A DNA stretch of 64,000 nucleotides from an uncultured Clostridia bacterium (GTDB lineage: Bacteria > Bacillota > Clostridia > TANB77 > CAG-508), in the NCBI GenBank assembly GCA_947626885.1, contig CANQTX010000003.1:18313-82312 (forward strand), read 5' to 3'. The translations under genes were made by a program, and so were the position numbers. Shown one piece after another: positions 52,590 to 63,344 of the stretch. Below the pieces are notes generated by a model. It did no database searches. It was not told the DNA's origin and saw only the letters and a list, made by a program, of their open reading frames with translations. Each line of letters opens with the position of its first letter. The stretch's first letter is position 1.

Positions 52590-53660
52590 ATGAAATTAAT
52601 TCACATAGCAGATATGCATTTTGATACGCCGTTTACTATGTTAAGTGCAAAAGGCGAATGGGGTGAAATCCGAAGATTAGAACAAAGAAAAGTATTTCAA
52701 TCAGTTATAGAATATATTAAAAAATATCATATTGGTTATTTGTTAATTTCAGGAGACCTATATGAACATACTTATGTAAGAGAAAGTACGATAGCTTTTA
52801 TTGATAAACTATTTCGAGAAATACCTAATACTAAAATTTTTATAGCTCCTGGTAATCATGATCCATATATAAAAGATTCCTATTATGAAACATGGCATTG
52901 GAGTGATAATGTCTATATTTTTCGAGATAGAATAGAAAAATACCAAGATGAAGAAGTAGTAATTTATGGTATGGGATTTACTGATTTTTATATGTCAGAA
53001 TCTCCTCTGGAAAATCTCGTCATAGAAGATTCCCAGAAATTAAATATTTTAGTTACACATTGTGATTTAAATGGTTATAAAGATACTGAAGGATTTTCTT
53101 ATAATCCAATATCCGAATCAAAACTAAAAAGTATAGGATTTGATTATGTTGCTATGGGACATATACATAAAAATAATGTAGAAAAAAATAATAGAATTTG
53201 TTATCCAGGGTCACTAATCTCTTTGGGGTTTGATGAACTTGGTAAACATGGTATGATTGAAGTAACAGTCAGTAAAAAGCAGTATGAAACTAAATTTATT
53301 CCGTTAGATGAGAGAATGTTCACAGAAATTGTGATTAATGTGGAAAATATCACATCCAAAGAAGAGTTAATAGAATACATTTCCAGTATTAAATATAATA
53401 AAATGAATTTTTATAAAGTAATATTAACGGGAACAAGAAATTTTGAAATCAATACACGAGAATTATTAAATATTTTATCAAGTGAGAATATATTAAAAGT
53501 AACAGATCAAACCAAATTACCATATGATTTAGAAATGCTGGCAAAAGAAAATACTTTAAAGGGTATTTTTGTTCAAGAGATTTTAAAAAAGATGACAGAT
53601 GAAAATTATACAAAAGAAGAAATAGAAAAAGCGATAGAAATTGGATTAGAGGCTATGTGA
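52590..53660 (+). CDS. SbcD/YhaO-like metallophosphoesterase nuclease
   Basis: IHIADMHFD, SGDLYE, GNHD, GHIH motifs. Confidence 0.85.
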   Translation: MKLIHIADMHFDTPFTMLSAKGEWGEIRRLEQRKVFQSVIEYIKKYHIGYLLISGDLYEHTYVRESTIAFIDKLFREIPNTKIFIAPGNHDPYIKDSYYETWHWSDNVYIFRDRIEKYQDEEVVIYGMGFTDFYMSESPLENLVIEDSQKLNILVTHCDLNGYKDTEGFSYNPISESKLKSIGFDYVAMGHIHKNNVEKNNRICYPGSLISLGFDELGKHGMIEVTVSKKQYETKFIPLDERMFTEIVINVENITSKEELIEYISSIKYNKMNFYKVILTGTRNFEINTRELLNILSSENILKVTDQTKLPYDLEMLAKENTLKGIFVQEILKKMTDENYTKEEIEKAIEIGLEAM

Positions 53661-53763
53661 AAATGGTATCATATATAGCAAGTAGTATTGGTAATAAGTT
53701 GGAAAACATTTCAAAAAAATATTAGAATGAAATAGGAATAAGATAAAAGGAATGGTATAAAAA

Positions 53764-55644
53764 TTGAAAATTAGTCATTTAAAAATTAATGGTTTTGGAA
53801 AATTAAAAGAGAAAGAAGTTAAATTATATGATGGATTGAATGTGATTTATGGAAAAAATGAAAGTGGAAAATCTACGATTTTAAAATTCATTACTAGTAT
53901 GTTATATGGTATTTCTAAAAATAAAAAGGGAAAGGACATTTCCGATTTTGAAAAATTTAAACCTTGGACAACAGAAAATTTTTCTGGTAAATTAACGTAT
54001 ATGCTAGATAATCAAAAAACTTTTGAGATATATAGAGATTTTAAAAAGAAAAATCCAATGATTTACAATGATAAAGCAGAAGATATTTCTAAAAGTTTTG
54101 TTAAAGACAAAACAAAAGGAATTGATTTTTTTGTTCAGCAAACAGGAATTGATGAAGAAACTTTTTTCAGTACAGCCATAACAGAGCAAGAGGGCATTAA
54201 ACTAAGTAAAGCTAGTCAAAATAGTATTATTCAAAAAATTAGTAATTTAATTTCTTCTGGAGATGATACAATTTCTTTTCAAAAAACCATGGAAAAAATT
54301 AATAAAAAACAGAATGAAGAGGTTGGAACAGATAGAACCTCTCAAAGACCAATCAATATGATTAATATCAAAATACAATCTTTATTGGATAAAAAAAGAT
54401 CTTTAGAAATTTATAAAGATAGTATATATGATAATGCTTTACAAAAAGAACAATTATATATGGAACAGAAGAATGAAGAAACCAAAGCAGCCTTTTTAAA
54501 AGAAATAAAAAGTAAATTAGATAATGATAGAGTAAAAAATGTAGAAATTAATTTTAGTCGAAACCTAGAAAAAGAATATGATATCAAAATAAAAGAATTA
54601 AATCGAAAAGCATCCGAACATTTGCCTTATCAATACGAAAAAAATAAAGATTTTGCTGTTTATTATATTGCTCTAGCAATCAGTATCATTCTTCTTTGTG
54701 CAATGTATCTTTTGTATAAAGGGAGTGTAACAAATGTTATATTTTTATTGCCCGTTCTTATCATATTAGGAATTATTCTTCATAAAAAATATTTTACAAA
54801 AGATATAAAGATAAAAGCAAATGATGATAAGGAAAAAGTGATACAAGAAATTGAGATTTTAAGACAAAATAAAGAAGAACAAAGAAGGATAGCAGATGAA
54901 AAACAAAAAAAATTTATGAAAGAGAAGGAAAAAGAAAAGCAAGATTATATTCAAAAATATATTAAGACATTAGATATAGGGTATATGAATGAACAACTAG
55001 AAAAAAATTATGATGAAATTTTAAAAGAATTAGATAAAAAAGAAAATAGAATTCGTACTATACAATTTAAATTACAAACTATGGAAAATGAAACAAAAAA
55101 TATTCATGCCAAAATAGAAAGTCTTATTTCTATAGAAGAAGAAATGAGTAAGCTACAAGAAGAAAAGAAAGAAATTATGTCTTTAAACACTTCTTTTCAA
55201 ATAGCAAAGGCGTGTTTAGAAAGTGCTTATCAAAAAGTAAAAGAAAATATTAGTCCCCGTTTTGTGAATAACTTATGTGATATTATTTCAAAAATTTCCA
55301 ATAATCGTTATCAAAAAGTGGTATTAAATGATAAAGACGGATTACTTGTAGAGATGGAAAATGGGCGTTATATTCCAGCAACAAGGCTTAGTATTGGTAC
55401 CATAGATCAAATGTATATTTCATTAAGATGGAGTGCTTTAAATGAAATTTCTAATGAAACCATGCCAATAATTTTAGATGAAGCTTTTGCTTATTTTGAT
55501 AATGATAGGTTAGCGAATATATTACAATATCTATATTTAAACTTTCCCAATCACCAAATGATTATATTTACTTGTTCTTATCGAGAGAAAGAGTTGCTAG
55601 ATAAATTACCAATAGAATATCACTTTATAAATCTTGAAAAGTAA
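53764..55644 (+). CDS. SbcC/YhaN-like AAA ATPase with coiled coil and central TM segments (TTG start)
   Basis: Walker A GKNESGKSTILKF, Walker B ILDEAFAYFD, coiled-coil middle, hydrophobic stretch FAVYYIALAISIILLCAMYLL..VIFLLPVLIILGIILH. Confidence 0.75.
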   Translation: MKISHLKINGFGKLKEKEVKLYDGLNVIYGKNESGKSTILKFITSMLYGISKNKKGKDISDFEKFKPWTTENFSGKLTYMLDNQKTFEIYRDFKKKNPMIYNDKAEDISKSFVKDKTKGIDFFVQQTGIDEETFFSTAITEQEGIKLSKASQNSIIQKISNLISSGDDTISFQKTMEKINKKQNEEVGTDRTSQRPINMINIKIQSLLDKKRSLEIYKDSIYDNALQKEQLYMEQKNEETKAAFLKEIKSKLDNDRVKNVEINFSRNLEKEYDIKIKELNRKASEHLPYQYEKNKDFAVYYIALAISIILLCAMYLLYKGSVTNVIFLLPVLIILGIILHKKYFTKDIKIKANDDKEKVIQEIEILRQNKEEQRRIADEKQKKFMKEKEKEKQDYIQKYIKTLDIGYMNEQLEKNYDEILKELDKKENRIRTIQFKLQTMENETKNIHAKIESLISIEEEMSKLQEEKKEIMSLNTSFQIAKACLESAYQKVKENISPRFVNNLCDIISKISNNRYQKVVLNDKDGLLVEMENGRYIPATRLSIGTIDQMYISLRWSALNEISNETMPIILDEAFAYFDNDRLANILQYLYLNFPNHQMIIFTCSYREKELLDKLPIEYHFINLEK

Positions 55645-55724
55645 GTAAGAATAGTTTATAATAGGAATGTTAAACAGTAAAATGAAAAATAAGAATTTAA
55701 AAGTTTAATAGAAAAGAGGTTTTT

Positions 55725-56783
55725 ATGTTTCAAAGATTAGAAGACGTAGAAAAGAGATATGAAGAGCTAAATGTTCTTATTAGTGATCCTGAGATGATAG
55801 CCAAACAAAATGAATGGAAAAAGCTTATGAAAGAACATAGTAATATAGAAGATGTTGTTTTGAAATATAGAGAATATAAAATGGTTTCTAAAAATTTGGA
55901 AGAAGCAAAAGAAATGCTATCTGATCCAGAAATGAGGGAGTTGGCAGAATTAGAAATAGAGGAAGCAAAGGAAAAACTTCCTAAAATAGAAGAAGAATTA
56001 AAAATATTATTAATACCGAAGGATCCCAATGACGATAATAACGTAATTTGTGAAATAAGAGCAGGTGCAGGAGGAGAAGAAGCAGCTTTATTTGCAGGAG
56101 TATTGTTTAGAATGTATTCTATGTATGCAGAAAGAAAGCATTTTCAAATACAAGTGATTCATGAAAATGAAACGGGATTAGGAGGCTATAAAGAAATATC
56201 TTTTATGATTACAGGAAAGGGGGCTTATAGTCGTTTTAAATTTGAAAGTGGGGTGCATAGAGTCCAAAGAGTACCAGATACAGAAAGTAGTGGAAGAATT
56301 CATACATCAACTGTTACAGTAGCGGTTCTTCCAGAAGTAGAAGAAGTAGAAGTGGATATTAACCCAGCAGATATAAGAATGGAAGTTTTTAGAGCCTCTG
56401 GAGCAGGAGGACAACATGTTAATAAAACATCTTCTGCTGTTAGACTGATTCATGAACCTACAGGTGTTGTTGCAGAGTGTCAAACAGAAAGATCACAATT
56501 GCAAAATAGAGAATATGCTATGCGATTATTACGTTCAAGAATATATGAAATAGAAAGAGAAAAACAGGAAAAAGCGGTAGCTAGTGAAAGAAGAAGTCAA
56601 GTAGGTTCAGGAGATAGAAGTGAAAAGATTAGAACCTATAATTATCCGCAAGGAAGAATAACAGATCATAGGATTGGATTTAGTGTATTTCAATTTGAAA
56701 ATTTCTTAAATGGTGATTTAGATGAAATGATTGATAATCTAATTGCCACAGATAGAGCTGAGAAGTTAAAAGGAAATGAATAA
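55725..56783 (+). CDS. prfA: Peptide chain release factor 1
   Basis: PET tripeptide region, GGQ motif [11 protein letters not shown], 352 aa. Confidence 0.97.
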   Translation: MFQRLEDVEKRYEELNVLISDPEMIAKQNEWKKLMKEHSNIEDVVLKYREYKMVSKNLEEAKEMLSDPEMRELAELEIEEAKEKLPKIEEELKILLIPKDPNDDNNVICEIRAGAGGEEAALFAGVLFRMYSMYAERKHFQIQVIHENETGLGGYKEISFMITGKGAYSRFKFESGVHRVQRVPDTESSGRIHTSTVTVAVLPEVEEVEVDINPADIRMEVFRASGAGGQHVNKTSSAVRLIHEPTGVVAECQTERSQLQNREYAMRLLRSRIYEIEREKQEKAVASERRSQVGSGDRSEKIRTYNYPQGRITDHRIGFSVFQFENFLNGDLDEMIDNLIATDRAEKLKGNE

Positions 56784-56849
56784 ATAGGATATAATAGATA
56801 GGGTTCTTTGAAATTGAGAGTGGATACGCCTATATAGTAGTAATTGTTG

Positions 56850-57617
56850 CTATAAATTTTGTGCAAGAAGACCTATAATGATACCTAAAATATTTCCCAA
56901 AGAAGCAAATCTACCTTTATACATTCTTTTAGATTCAGGAATTAGCTCACAGGATACAATATAAATCATAGCTCCAGCGGCAAAGGCTAAAGACATACCG
57001 ATTAATTCTCTAGAGATATTTCCTATAATGGCACCGAAAAAAGCTCCAATGCCAGTTGTTAATCCTGAAAGTGTTGTAATAAGAATGGATTTTAATACAG
57101 AAGAACCACTAGATGTTAAAGGTAATGCAATAGAAACTCCTTCTGGAACATCATGAAGTGCTATAGCAATAGCTAATTGAAATCCTAAAGTTGTAGAAGC
57201 TTCAAATCCAGCTCCAATAGCTAAACCTTCAGGAAAGTTATGTACTGCTAAACCAATTGAAATAATAATTCCAGTTTTAAGTAAACTATTAGATTTAATT
57301 TTTGTATTTTTTTCACAAAATTGATTAACGATTTTATCACATAAAATCATGGAGAAAACACCTAAAAAAATACCAATAATAGAAAGAGATATTGAAACAA
57401 TTGTTAAAGATTCAGGTATCAAATCAAAACAAATAATTGCTGTCATTAAGCCAGCGGCAAATTCTAAAATAAAACATAGTATTTTATTTGATTCAATTTT
57501 TAATAGTGAACCTAAAATTCCTCCTAGTGTTGTTCCTACCATTCCAAAAATTAAACCATAAAAACCAATAGTACTAATACTCTCCATTATAACAGGCATC
57601 CTTTCTTTGCAGTGCAA
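56850..57617 (-). CDS. ZIP-family divalent metal transporter (ZupT-like); the true start is probably an internal Met near 57587
   Basis: HNFPEGLAIG and HDVPEG signature motifs; 8 TM pattern. Confidence 0.85.
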   Translation of the reverse strand: MHCKERMPVIMESISTIGFYGLIFGMVGTTLGGILGSLLKIESNKILCFILEFAAGLMTAIICFDLIPESLTIVSISLSIIGIFLGVFSMILCDKIVNQFCEKNTKIKSNSLLKTGIIISIGLAVHNFPEGLAIGAGFEASTTLGFQLAIAIALHDVPEGVSIALPLTSSGSSVLKSILITTLSGLTTGIGAFFGAIIGNISRELIGMSLAFAAGAMIYIVSCELIPESKRMYKGRFASLGNILGIIIGLLAQNL

Positions 57618-57724
57618 TTGTTTTTGTGTAATGATTTCTTTGTCATTTATATAAAAAATACGTAAGTAATTAAACTTACGTATTGAATTATATGAATATT
57701 TTTTTATAAATATGCTTTTTTAGA

Positions 57725-58312
57725 TTATGATTTTTCATGATTATATGTTAATAACATTTTCTTTTCGAAAGGTACTAATGATAACATAGATACTACGAAA
57801 CCTAATTCTACAATGATGGTAGATAGTAAAAATGTTGTATTATTTTGATTATAATCTTCAATCATTTTATTTGTTAATTGTTCTGTAAAATGAGGTGAAA
57901 ATACTTGTTGGTATTGTGTTTGTATCATTTCAATCTCTATATAACTCGCTCTAAATTTAAGAAGTAAAATGGATATAGCCAAGATAATTGAAATAATAAT
58001 ACAAATCATAAAAAATACATTTAATTTTTTTGAAATTTCCTGAATATTCTCTGCTTGTATACTATATTTTTTTAAAGCATCATGTGTACTTAGTCTAGAT
58101 ACCATATGTACAATAAAATAAAGTATAATAGCTAAGATGAACGAAACTATGCTAGATAAGGCTAAATATGAGGTTGTATTTAGTGAATTTATGCATACGG
58201 TTAGTAAAAGAGACAGAAAAAAGAAAATACAACCAAAAATAATTCCATACATAATAAATGCAATAACGATTGATTTTGTAGCAGTTCCGACTGTTATTTC
58301 TTTTTTTTCCAT
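57725..58312 (-). CDS. Hypothetical polytopic membrane protein
   Basis: 195-aa ORF with GGAGG RBS and several TM helices; no family recognised. Confidence 0.5.
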   Translation of the reverse strand: MEKKEITVGTATKSIVIAFIMYGIIFGCIFFFLSLLLTVCINSLNTTSYLALSSIVSFILAIILYFIVHMVSRLSTHDALKKYSIQAENIQEISKKLNVFFMICIIISIILAISILLLKFRASYIEIEMIQTQYQQVFSPHFTEQLTNKMIEDYNQNNTTFLLSTIIVELGFVVSMLSLVPFEKKMLLTYNHEKS

Positions 58313-58528
58313 AATTCCTCCTTAGTATATTTTAAAATCTATAAAAATCATATCATATAAATCAAAAATAGGCAATAGAAGATAAAAATTTTTATCAAGC
58401 ATTTTATTTATAAAAATTCTTTATCTGATGATATTGACACTGTATTTGAAAAACTATATAATACAAACATAAGTTTTAAAAAACAAATCAGTAAAAAATG
58501 GTTTAGCAAAGGATGAAAAGGAGAAAAA

Positions 58529-60844
58529 ATGGATTTATTAGAAGGTTTAAATGATAAACAATGTGAAGCAGTAGTAAAAACAGAGGGTCCATGTTTAGTC
58601 ATAGCAGGAGCAGGAAGTGGAAAAACAAAAGTACTAACACATAAAATTGCTTATTTGATACATGATAAAAATATTAAACCTTGGAATATACTAGCAATAA
58701 CATTTACCAATAAAGCTGCAAACGAAATGAAAGAAAGAGTAGAAAAACTTGTTGGGGATATAGCAAAGGATATGTGGATTGGAACATTTCATGCTATTTG
58801 TGTAAGAATTTTAAGAAAACAAATTGATAGAATTGGTTTTGATAGTGCATTCATTATTTTTGATACGTCTGACCAAAAAACACTCATCAAACAGATATTA
58901 AAAGAGAAAAACATAGATGATAAAGTGCTTTCCGATAGATCTGTTCTTTTTGAAATCAGTCATGCCAAGAATGAAATGTTAAAACCAGATACTTATGCTA
59001 CAAATGTAAAGGGAGATTTAAGAAAAGAAACTATAGCAGAAATTTATAAAATCTATCAAAAGCGACTAAAAGAAAATAATGCCATAGACTTTGATGATAT
59101 TATTAATTTTACAATAAATATTTTAATGGACAACCCAGACTTATTAGAATATTATTCTAATAAATTTGAATATGTTTTAGTGGACGAGTATCAAGATACG
59201 AATAAAGCACAATTTACATTAGTAAGTTTGTTAGCCTCAAAATTTGGAAATATTACAGTGGTAGGAGATAATGATCAAGGCATATATTCTTTCAGAGGTG
59301 CAGATATTACGAATATATTAAATTTTGAAAAAGATTTTCCGGGAACAAAAATTATCAAATTAGAGCAAAATTATCGTTGTACACAAAATATATTACATAT
59401 AGCTAATGAGGTGATTAGAAATAATGAAACAAAATATGATAAAACTTTATGGACAAGTAATGAAAAAGGTTCACTTCCTAAAGTATATAGAGGTGAGAAT
59501 GAATATGATGAAGCTAATTACATTGTTCAACAAATTAACCGCTTAAAAACAGAAGAATATTATCAATATTCTGATTTTGCTATTTTATATAGAATGAATA
59601 CACAGTCTCGTAGTATAGAAGATATTTTAAGAAGAGAAGATATTCCTTATAAAATTGTTGGTGGGTTAAAATTCTATGAAAGAAAAGAAATAAAAGATAT
59701 TATCGCTTATTTAAGATTGATTCAAAATACAGCAGATAATTTAAGTTTAACCAGAATTATTAACGAGCCCAAAAGGGGTGTAGGAAAGACAAGTTTAGAT
59801 AATATTATGCAAATTGCAACAATTAATGGAATTTCTATGTATGAAGTGATAAAACAAGCAGATATTTATGGATTAAATAGAGTATTTTCAAATACACGAG
59901 AGTTTATTAATGTTATAGATGACTTAAGAAGTAAGAAAGATTCTTTAACCTTATCAGAATTAATTAAAGAAACCTTAAATCAAACCGGTTATACAAAAGC
60001 CTTAGAAACGGAAAATACAATTGAAGCAGAAAATAGAATAGAAAATCTAGAAGAATTCTTAACAGTAGCAATAGAATTTGAAGAAGAATCTGCTGATAAT
60101 TCTCTTAGTGAATTTTTAGAAGGAATAACCTTAAGCTCAGATTTGGATAATATGGAAGAAACAGAGGAATCTGTTACTTTAATGACATTACATAGTGCAA
60201 AAGGATTAGAATTTCCAGTAGTATTTTTAGTAGGTATGGAGGAAGGAATTTTTCCAGGATACAAATCTATAGGAGAACCAAAAGAACTAGAAGAAGAGCG
60301 AAGACTATGCTATGTAGGTATTACAAGAGCAAAAGAAAATTTATTTATGACTTGTGCAAGGCAAAGAACCATATTTGGTTCAACAAGTTGCAATAATGTA
60401 TCTAGATTTATTAAGGAAATAGCACCCAATATGTTAGAAGGCTATGAAACATTAGAGCAGAATGATAATGGGAGATATGATTCAAGCAATCAATATGATT
60501 GGCAATATGGTAATCGAAGGAAGTATAATCAAAGTTATGAGAATAGCGCGGTAATAACCTATAAGGAAACGGCAACCAATGTTTCAAAAGGTACAACAAC
60601 ATTTCAATTTAGAAGTGCGGATAGTTTTCTAGAAAGTTTAAATCAAACCAAAAAGGAAGAAATAAATTTAGATAAATATAAAGTGGGCGTAAAAGTATAT
60701 CATAAAAAATTTGGAGAAGGTATGATAAGTGCAGTTGAAACAGAAGGAGAAGACTTAAAAGTAGACATCCAATTTGACAAAGTGGGACATAAAAGATTAA
60801 TGGCAAAATTTGCAGGATTAAAAATTTTAAATGAAAAGTTTTAG
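58529..60844 (+). CDS. pcrA: ATP-dependent DNA helicase PcrA (UvrD family)
   Basis: AGAGSGKTKVLTHKIAYL, VDEYQDTN, TLHSAKGLEF, YVGITRA motifs. Confidence 0.95.
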   Translation: MDLLEGLNDKQCEAVVKTEGPCLVIAGAGSGKTKVLTHKIAYLIHDKNIKPWNILAITFTNKAANEMKERVEKLVGDIAKDMWIGTFHAICVRILRKQIDRIGFDSAFIIFDTSDQKTLIKQILKEKNIDDKVLSDRSVLFEISHAKNEMLKPDTYATNVKGDLRKETIAEIYKIYQKRLKENNAIDFDDIINFTINILMDNPDLLEYYSNKFEYVLVDEYQDTNKAQFTLVSLLASKFGNITVVGDNDQGIYSFRGADITNILNFEKDFPGTKIIKLEQNYRCTQNILHIANEVIRNNETKYDKTLWTSNEKGSLPKVYRGENEYDEANYIVQQINRLKTEEYYQYSDFAILYRMNTQSRSIEDILRREDIPYKIVGGLKFYERKEIKDIIAYLRLIQNTADNLSLTRIINEPKRGVGKTSLDNIMQIATINGISMYEVIKQADIYGLNRVFSNTREFINVIDDLRSKKDSLTLSELIKETLNQTGYTKALETENTIEAENRIENLEEFLTVAIEFEEESADNSLSEFLEGITLSSDLDNMEETEESVTLMTLHSAKGLEFPVVFLVGMEEGIFPGYKSIGEPKELEEERRLCYVGITRAKENLFMTCARQRTIFGSTSCNNVSRFIKEIAPNMLEGYETLEQNDNGRYDSSNQYDWQYGNRRKYNQSYENSAVITYKETATNVSKGTTTFQFRSADSFLESLNQTKKEEINLDKYKVGVKVYHKKFGEGMISAVETEGEDLKVDIQFDKVGHKRLMAKFAGLKILNEKF

Positions 60845-60932
60845 AATAAAAATATTAGTTACAAAAATAAAAAAGGACAAGTTTTAATGAAATGTTAAAA
60901 CTTGTTTTTTACGAATTTTTATATAAAATATA

Positions 60933-61487
60933 TTAGCGTTCAGGGTCAAATTTTTTTGTTTTGTTGGGAGGGGGGTTTAGGATTGTTTCTTTAGGAGCAT
61001 ATTCTTCTTGCTTATTCGATGGTATGGCAGAAGTATTTATTCCCTCCACTTTCAAAGGAGATTTTGTTGGAGCTGGTATAATAGGTGGGTTATAAGGTTC
61101 TTTTTCTTCAGGTGGTTTAGACTCTGGTTGATTTTTCCCTAAAACTTCTGTATACATAGTATTATTGGGAATAGAATTCTTTGGAAAAATTTCACTAATT
61201 TTGTTTACTACATTGCTTACTGCATCTATTAAAGAGTTGCGAAAATGCCCCATAGTCCACATAAATGCAATACTTTTGTTTGTTCTTGGTACTTTTTGTA
61301 AAGAACCATCACCTAATAATTTTTGTGTTTTTGGTTTTATCTTATCTACAATTGTCTTAACAAAAGAAGAAAATGGATTTTTCTTATCTTCTACATCGAT
61401 AAAATAGGACGGTTTATCTGGATCATTAGATTCAGATATAGTAGAATTTGTATTTATATCTTCTAAGCGATTGTCCGAATCTGCCAT
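60933..61487 (-). CDS. Hypothetical protein with Pro-rich C-terminal half (start moved to the ATG with GGGGAGG RBS)
   Basis: Track ORF 60933-61592; the internal start MADSDNRLE has a strong RBS. No family recognised. Confidence 0.5.
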   Translation of the reverse strand: MADSDNRLEDINTNSTISESNDPDKPSYFIDVEDKKNPFSSFVKTIVDKIKPKTQKLLGDGSLQKVPRTNKSIAFMWTMGHFRNSLIDAVSNVVNKISEIFPKNSIPNNTMYTEVLGKNQPESKPPEEKEPYNPPIIPAPTKSPLKVEGINTSAIPSNKQEEYAPKETILNPPPNKTKKFDPER

Positions 61488-61678
61488 AAAATCTAACCTC
61501 CCCATAATATATAATATTATTATATTGATACTTCGATGAATGTTCAATATATTTAAACGAAACTTAACCAAAATGACATATAAATTTAACATTATTTTAT
61601 TAATAATAAGAAACGATTTCGCAAGTTTCTAGTGTATAAAATGAGAAATCAAAATATCAGAAAAGTCATGGAAACTAT

Positions 61679-61707
61679 TTGAAAAATATAGAAAAGTAGG
61701 GTATAAT
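61679..61707 (+). promoter_or_regulatory. Sigma-A type promoter of the ABC-F gene
   Basis: TTGAAA (61679-61684), 17-nt spacer, TATAAT (61702-61707). Confidence 0.6.
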
Positions 61708-61737
61708 ATTATCGTTAAAAAAGAGGAGGTTTTTAAA

Positions 61738-63324
61738 ATGCTTTTATCAAATGGTGTAACACTTAGATTTGGAAAAAGAGTTTTATTTGAAGATGTAACC
61801 ATTAAGTTTACAAAAGGAAATTGCTATGGGTTGATTGGTGCAAATGGAGCTGGAAAATCCACATTTTTAAAAATTCTTTCAGGAGAAATAGAACCTAATA
61901 AAGGAGAAGTAATTTTAGACAAAGGAGAAAGATTATCTGTACTAAAACAAGATCATTATGCTTTTGAAGAATTTACAGTATTAGATACTGTTATGATGGG
62001 AAATAGCGAACTATATAAAATTATGAAAGAAAAAGATGCTATTTATAGTAAACCAGATTTTTCTGAAGAAGATGGTATGAGAGCAGCTAAACTAGAAGAA
62101 AGATTTGCTGAATTAGATGGTTGGAATGCAGAGTCAGATGCTGCTAAGTTATTAAATGATTTAGGAATAGATGTTGAATTACATGATAAGTTTATGAGTG
62201 AAATTGAAGCAAAAGATAAAGTAAAGGTGCTTTTGGCACAAGCTTTATTTGGTAATCCAGATGTACTTTTATTGGACGAGCCTACTAATGATTTAGATTT
62301 AAAAACCATTAATTGGTTGCAAGACTTTTTAATTGATTTTGAAAATACAGTTATTGTTGTATCTCATGATAGATACTTTTTAAATAAGGTATGTACGCAT
62401 ATTGCGGATGTAGATTTTGGAAAAATTAAAGTATATCCTGGAAACTATGATTTCTGGTATGAATCAAGCCAGTTAGCATTAAAACAAATGAAAGAAGCAA
62501 ATAAAAAGAAAGAAGAACGAATAAAAGAATTGCAAGATTTTATTGCAAGATTTAGTGCGAACGCATCAAAATCAAAACAGGCAACTTCTAGAAAAAAATC
62601 GTTAGAGAAAATAGAGCTAGAGGAAATAAAACCATCTAATAGAAAATATCCTTATATAGATTTTAAACCAGATAGGGAACAAGGAAAAGAAATTTTAGAA
62701 GTTCGTAATCTAAGCAAAACAATAAACGGAGAAAAAATATTAGATAATATTAGCTTTACAGTAAAAAGAGAGGATAAAATTGCAATACTTTCAGATAATG
62801 AAATTGCAAAAACTATTTTATTTCAAATATTAGCAGGAGAAATGGAACCAGATTCTGGGGAAATTATTTGGGGTACAACGATTACAAAAGATTATTTTCC
62901 AAAAGATAATAACTATCTTTTTGAATCAGATGTTAGTATTACAGATTGGTTAAGACAATATTCAAAAGATCCAGATGAAACCTATGTTAGAAGTTTTTTA
63001 GGAAGAATGTTATTTTCTGGAGAAGAAGCATTGAAAAAAGTAAATGTGCTTTCAGGAGGAGAGAAAGTAAGATGTGTTCTTTCAAAATTAATGTTATCTG
63101 GTGCTAATTTTTTAATTTTTGATGAGCCAACGAACCATTTAGATATGGAATCTATTACTGCATTAAACGATGGAATGCAAAAATATAAAGGAATTATATT
63201 ATTTACTTCTCATGATCATCAGTTAACACAGACGGTTGCTAATAAAATTATTGATATTTCGAATAATGAAGTAACCGTGAGAGAATGCACGTATGATGAA
63301 TATCTTGAAGAAATAGCAAATTAA
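61738..63324 (+). CDS. ABC-F family ATPase (two ABC domains, no TM domain)
   Basis: GANGAGKST Walker A, linker with KKKEERIKELQ, second LSGGEK signature, FDEPTNHLD. Confidence 0.9.
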   Translation: MLLSNGVTLRFGKRVLFEDVTIKFTKGNCYGLIGANGAGKSTFLKILSGEIEPNKGEVILDKGERLSVLKQDHYAFEEFTVLDTVMMGNSELYKIMKEKDAIYSKPDFSEEDGMRAAKLEERFAELDGWNAESDAAKLLNDLGIDVELHDKFMSEIEAKDKVKVLLAQALFGNPDVLLLDEPTNDLDLKTINWLQDFLIDFENTVIVVSHDRYFLNKVCTHIADVDFGKIKVYPGNYDFWYESSQLALKQMKEANKKKEERIKELQDFIARFSANASKSKQATSRKKSLEKIELEEIKPSNRKYPYIDFKPDREQGKEILEVRNLSKTINGEKILDNISFTVKREDKIAILSDNEIAKTILFQILAGEMEPDSGEIIWGTTITKDYFPKDNNYLFESDVSITDWLRQYSKDPDETYVRSFLGRMLFSGEEALKKVNVLSGGEKVRCVLSKLMLSGANFLIFDEPTNHLDMESITALNDGMQKYKGIILFTSHDHQLTQTVANKIIDISNNEVTVRECTYDEYLEEIAN

Positions 63325-63344
63325 AACAAAAGAATGGAGAAAAT

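Noticed and set aside
55725-56783. Programmed frameshift in a release-factor gene
   Set aside because: The gene is prfA (RF1) and is a single uninterrupted ORF. The classical +1 site belongs to prfB, which is not in this window.
38133-62309. Remaining antisense ORFs in the right half (38133-38432, 39268-39582, 43765-43947, 43974-44309, 44964-45173, 45726-45956, 48640-48927, 49905-50153, 50788-50997, 51408-51614, 52015-52227, 54004-54189, 55730-56029, 57349-57561, 58137-58325, 58408-58602, 59989-60264, 60411-60806, 61165-61407, 62043-62309) and 15296-15535
   Set aside because: All lie opposite, or partly opposite, well-supported genes and have antisense-type low-complexity products.
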